64,000 nucleotides of DNA from Tubulanus polymorphus (lineage: Eukaryota; Animalia; Nemertea), in assembly GCF_964204645.1 (NCBI RefSeq), contig NC_134035.1:1488001-1552000 (forward strand). Reading direction: 5' to 3'. Shown here one piece after another: positions 1-64,000 of this stretch; the first letter of the stretch is position 1; each line of letters begins with the position of its first letter. Position numbers and translations under genes: made by a program. The notes under the pieces are model-generated. The model saw only the letters and a program-made list of their open reading frames with translations, made no database searches and had not been told where the DNA came from.

Positions 1-984
1 TCCCCATTTTCTAGGTGACTGGCTGCCCTGTTTACAACGCTTACAATTGTGTACATAGGAAAGGAGGGGTTGAAAATCAGCAACATTTAGCGTATGTACT
101 TAATGAACAGCCCCTTAGGGCAGACTATATTTATTTACAGAGCTTTAGATTACCAGCTAGCATCCTGATAGATTTCATTAGGTTTTATTCGTACGTTTAA
201 TTTTATGCGTAACTAAGCTGCTCTTTTTATAAATTTAATGAAACCTAAATGCGTAGATACACGACGGAGATGAAGCCAGTTTTTTTATAAGCTGCCGAGA
301 AGAAAAAATCACGGAAAACTCTTATTAGAAATTCGCAAATGAAATAGAACGGGTCGTTACCTTTTTATTATTACACGAAGCAGAGAAAGGAAGGATACTT
401 TAAACTAAAGACTAGAGAAATAAAATAATACATGACTAGAACAACATTAAGCTTTTCATTAACAATCTCTATGTTATTTACATTTTGAATTTACGTAAAT
501 TTATCTAAGATTTTGAAACAAGTTTGGAAAACGTCTTTCAGGGTTGGTTATTTCTTGGCAAATGATTACTCCAAGGTTATTTAAGGGTGTTTTAAGTGCT
601 TGTATATTCGGGATGCATATCAAGTTTTGGTGCCTGAAATTACAATGACATGTACGTGATGTGCCAGGATACATTAGCAAATCTACTTAACTACATGGAT
701 TTTACACTCAAGATCCAGACGGGATTAACCGATTACTATTTGATTATAATTACTGATTACTATTTCGACCAGTGAGAAAATGTCACATTTAAAGCATTTA
801 TGGGATAATATTGCGCATATTCATTAAGGAAAGTGACTAATCACGCGGCTGCCAGGTAAATGATAGGCTAAGTCTGTAAACGTTTTGGCTAACAAGACTT
901 CGGTTCATGTATCTGGCTGCCTAGTAAACAGGTGCTTATGTGGTGGATATGTGGAATTGTTGAGGCCATATTTTCACAGCGGTA

Positions 985-1197
985 TTCGAAAAACACCCGA
1001 TGAAAAATGCAGAATCGGAAAACGCGTAATGCCTAATTCCTAGAAAATGACTTATATCCTTCAAATGCAGACTTATATCCTTCAAATGCAGAGGTAAGGT
1101 CTGATACTTTTCAAATTGTCAGATATAAATACCACAAAGTTTTTCTCAGAATTTATGCATTTTCCGATTCGGCGTTTTTCATTTGGTGTCTTTTGGA
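985..1197. mobile_element. MITE-like element with imperfect TIRs and internal 21-bp tandem duplication (1049-1090)
   Basis: gaaaaacacccgatgaaaaatgcagaatcggaaaa vs ttttccgattcggcgtttttcatttggtgtctttt. Confidence 0.55.
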
Positions 1198-1271
1198 TTA
1201 AACCGATTTTCACAAAGGGGTACGCTCTATATTCGCTCTAGATTTTAGCACAGTACAGAAAATGACACACG

Positions 1272-1274
<3 letters not shown>

Positions 1275-1325
<51 letters not shown>
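1275..1325. repeat. (AG)n microsatellite
   Basis: ~25 AG units. Confidence 0.95.
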
Positions 1326-1328
<3 letters not shown>

Positions 1329-1458
1329 CAAAATAATTTCAAATCGACATCGACGTTGTACGTCGGTCGTCGTACGTAGCTTAGAGAGGTCATTAATCAT
1401 TACAGCAGGAAGAAGCAAATACTACAAATACTCGTTTTGACACCGAACACAAAGTTAC

Positions 1459-61923
<60,465 letters not shown>

Positions 61924-64000
61924 TCTGCAAAGAGGTAGATAGAAGGTATAAGTAGGAGTGTGAATAGTGCAGGTAATGTTTGAAACGTCAACATCGCATT
62001 GCGATTAGAAAAACAGATATCGAATGTGTGTGAACGATGCTCACAACATCATTCACAGCATTTTCAGAGGGAAAAAATTACATCCGATAGATAAAGTAGC
62101 ACGAAAAGGTAAACCACCTAACGTCCTAATGGCGATGATACCCGGGACGGGGTTATAAAAGTCAACCCACAAGTAGCTACAGATAACAGGGATGAGATGC
62201 AAGATTCTGAAATTTTCACATTGCAATTCTCCACCTTCTTCACATTTCTCACTTTTTATCTTAACAAAAGCAGAATTTTTCCGCTAAATTTTTCAGAAGG
62301 GACATATGCCTAATGCAATTTCTTCCTTTTTGATGGGGTTTTATGCAAGAATTGCCAAGGTAAACATGTTAAAGACAATGTAACAACTTTGATCAAATCA
62401 ATGACTGACACTAGACTATGAACATAGTTCAGGTACCATAAACTATCTAAGGTAAAAGCAGATCCCAGAAGAGTTAGAAGAACATAAAATACGGCCTATA
62501 AGGAAAACTACATAGAATTTTCATTTAGTTGCCAAAATTTTCACATTTTTCACCAAAAAATTTAGTTTTCTGAAATTTTCATGCTTTTTCACATCACATA
62601 CATCTCACATGCATCTCACATACCGGTACATCTCATCCTTGAAATGATGAAAAGCTATCAAAATATTTTAAGCCGTTACAATTTCACTTGCAGTTTAAGT
62701 GTAACTGACTAAAACCTGGATTCCAGGTAAATGTACCCACTACTCAGTAATAATGCCCTTATGAAAGACTTCTCAGCAGCTATGCTGAACAGAAAATCCA
62801 GTAGCCCTTCATTATATCCCGGTCAGTAGCCCTTGTCGGGTCAATCATATCAGAAAATTCTGAATTAGATTATATGGCGGGATCTGTAACGCGATGAATG
62901 CAAAAAGCAAGAAATTGGTTTAACAGACATGTGAAAAACACAGTTTCAGAACCCGGAACTCGCGCGGGAGTTTGTGTGCGTCTGTTAGTTACCGGTAATA
63001 CCTGTTTAAAACTCCTGCAGCAAATATCATCGAATAATGATAAACATATGTTTGATTATAACATCGTCAGGGATCATGTGTAATTAACAGATTGAGATTC
63101 AGGTTATTACATAATACATTCCATCGAATCATCATCAGTTGAAATATCCACCAAGTGAAGTACAAGTGGAATAAAACATTCTAATCATCTGTCAGCTGAA
63201 GAAAAATCACCTAATCACCTAAAACATCACCTAATATTTGGCAATACTGAGAACAAGCTTATGAATGAAAACTCTTAAGGTGTCAGTTTCGGTAAAAATT
63301 TCAAGGCACCTCGACATACTTAGGAGGCGGCGCACCCCTCAACCCTACCCTTAGGTCCACCCCTGACTCTCTAAGGCTCCATCCAATATGAATTACAACT
63401 TCACCATCGATTTCTTCCTGTTTCTTTACTTCTCTATTTCGCGTCTTCGATTCTATCATGAATGCTGCTCATTCTTGAAGTTTGCGTAATATCCCCGTGT
63501 AGGAGCTAACCGTTGAATTCTTTGCTGTTGATACACATTTCAAACATTCACGAGGCAATCTCTCTCGGTAACAACTTTCATAAAGCTAATCACGCTCCGA
63601 TCTCAGGTGTTGAAATGATTACGAATGAGATGAAACTCCAATTCATTAGTAACTAATTGTATACATCGCCGTTTAGTCATGAACCTGGCCCTGTTTTATA
63701 CCTTCAAAGATTTCATGGTTTTTTCATTCGCGCATAGTTTTTGATGTACTGGAAAAATACATTTGCGATATTAGCTGGTATACGTGATAGGTTTGCAGGG
63801 ACACCAAATCGAATGGAATCGTCCAATCAATAGGCAAAATCCTTATTTCGCGATGAAAAAATCTTTGTGAAATCAGTTCAAAAGACTTCAAACTACCGAG
63901 GCTTCGATACCTGTAATAAGCCAATATGCGGACGTGCCATCTTGGAACTGGTTGTTTAGACTGGGTATAACAAGGTCGGTTAACTATCTTTGAAAACCAA

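Noticed and set aside
61927-64000. Additional upstream twitchin exon or promoter
   Set aside because: No Ig-like reading frame or convincing donor/acceptor pair found; probably intron

Overview
Eukaryotic (animal, most likely lophotrochozoan invertebrate) genomic DNA with AT-rich, MITE-laden introns and mostly CpG-rich exons. Almost the whole window is one minus-strand gene for the giant muscle kinase twitchin (unc-22/projectin family). About 83-84 exons could be joined by hand with GT-AG boundaries and consistent phases from the ATG at 61923 to 2286 (about 4290 aa). The architecture is Ig9-(IgFn2)2-Ig-Fn3-Ig-Fn2-Ig-Fn3-Ig2-Fn2-Ig2-Fn-kinase-Ig2, and the gene probably continues beyond the left edge. 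Its largest intron (32565-41336, splitting an Ig domain) hosts an antisense gene with an uninterrupted ORF (about 1236 aa) encoding roughly six tandem divergent ubiquitin-like domains and a long charged disordered tail. The N-terminal linkers contain a set of frame-symmetric cassette/micro-exons and two possible internal first exons. They also carry a molluscan catch-muscle D1-type PKA site (RRTSLADVIPNWP) and candidate phosphatase-docking motifs (LxVP and PxIxIT-like for calcineurin, RVxF for PP1), while the post-kinase D2-type PKA site appears absent. Introns carry many MITEs (some TTAA/piggyBac-type), a tRNA-derived SINE and several mini/microsatellites. No rRNA, intact tRNA or CRISPR array was found. 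Exon boundaries are manual predictions without transcript evidence.
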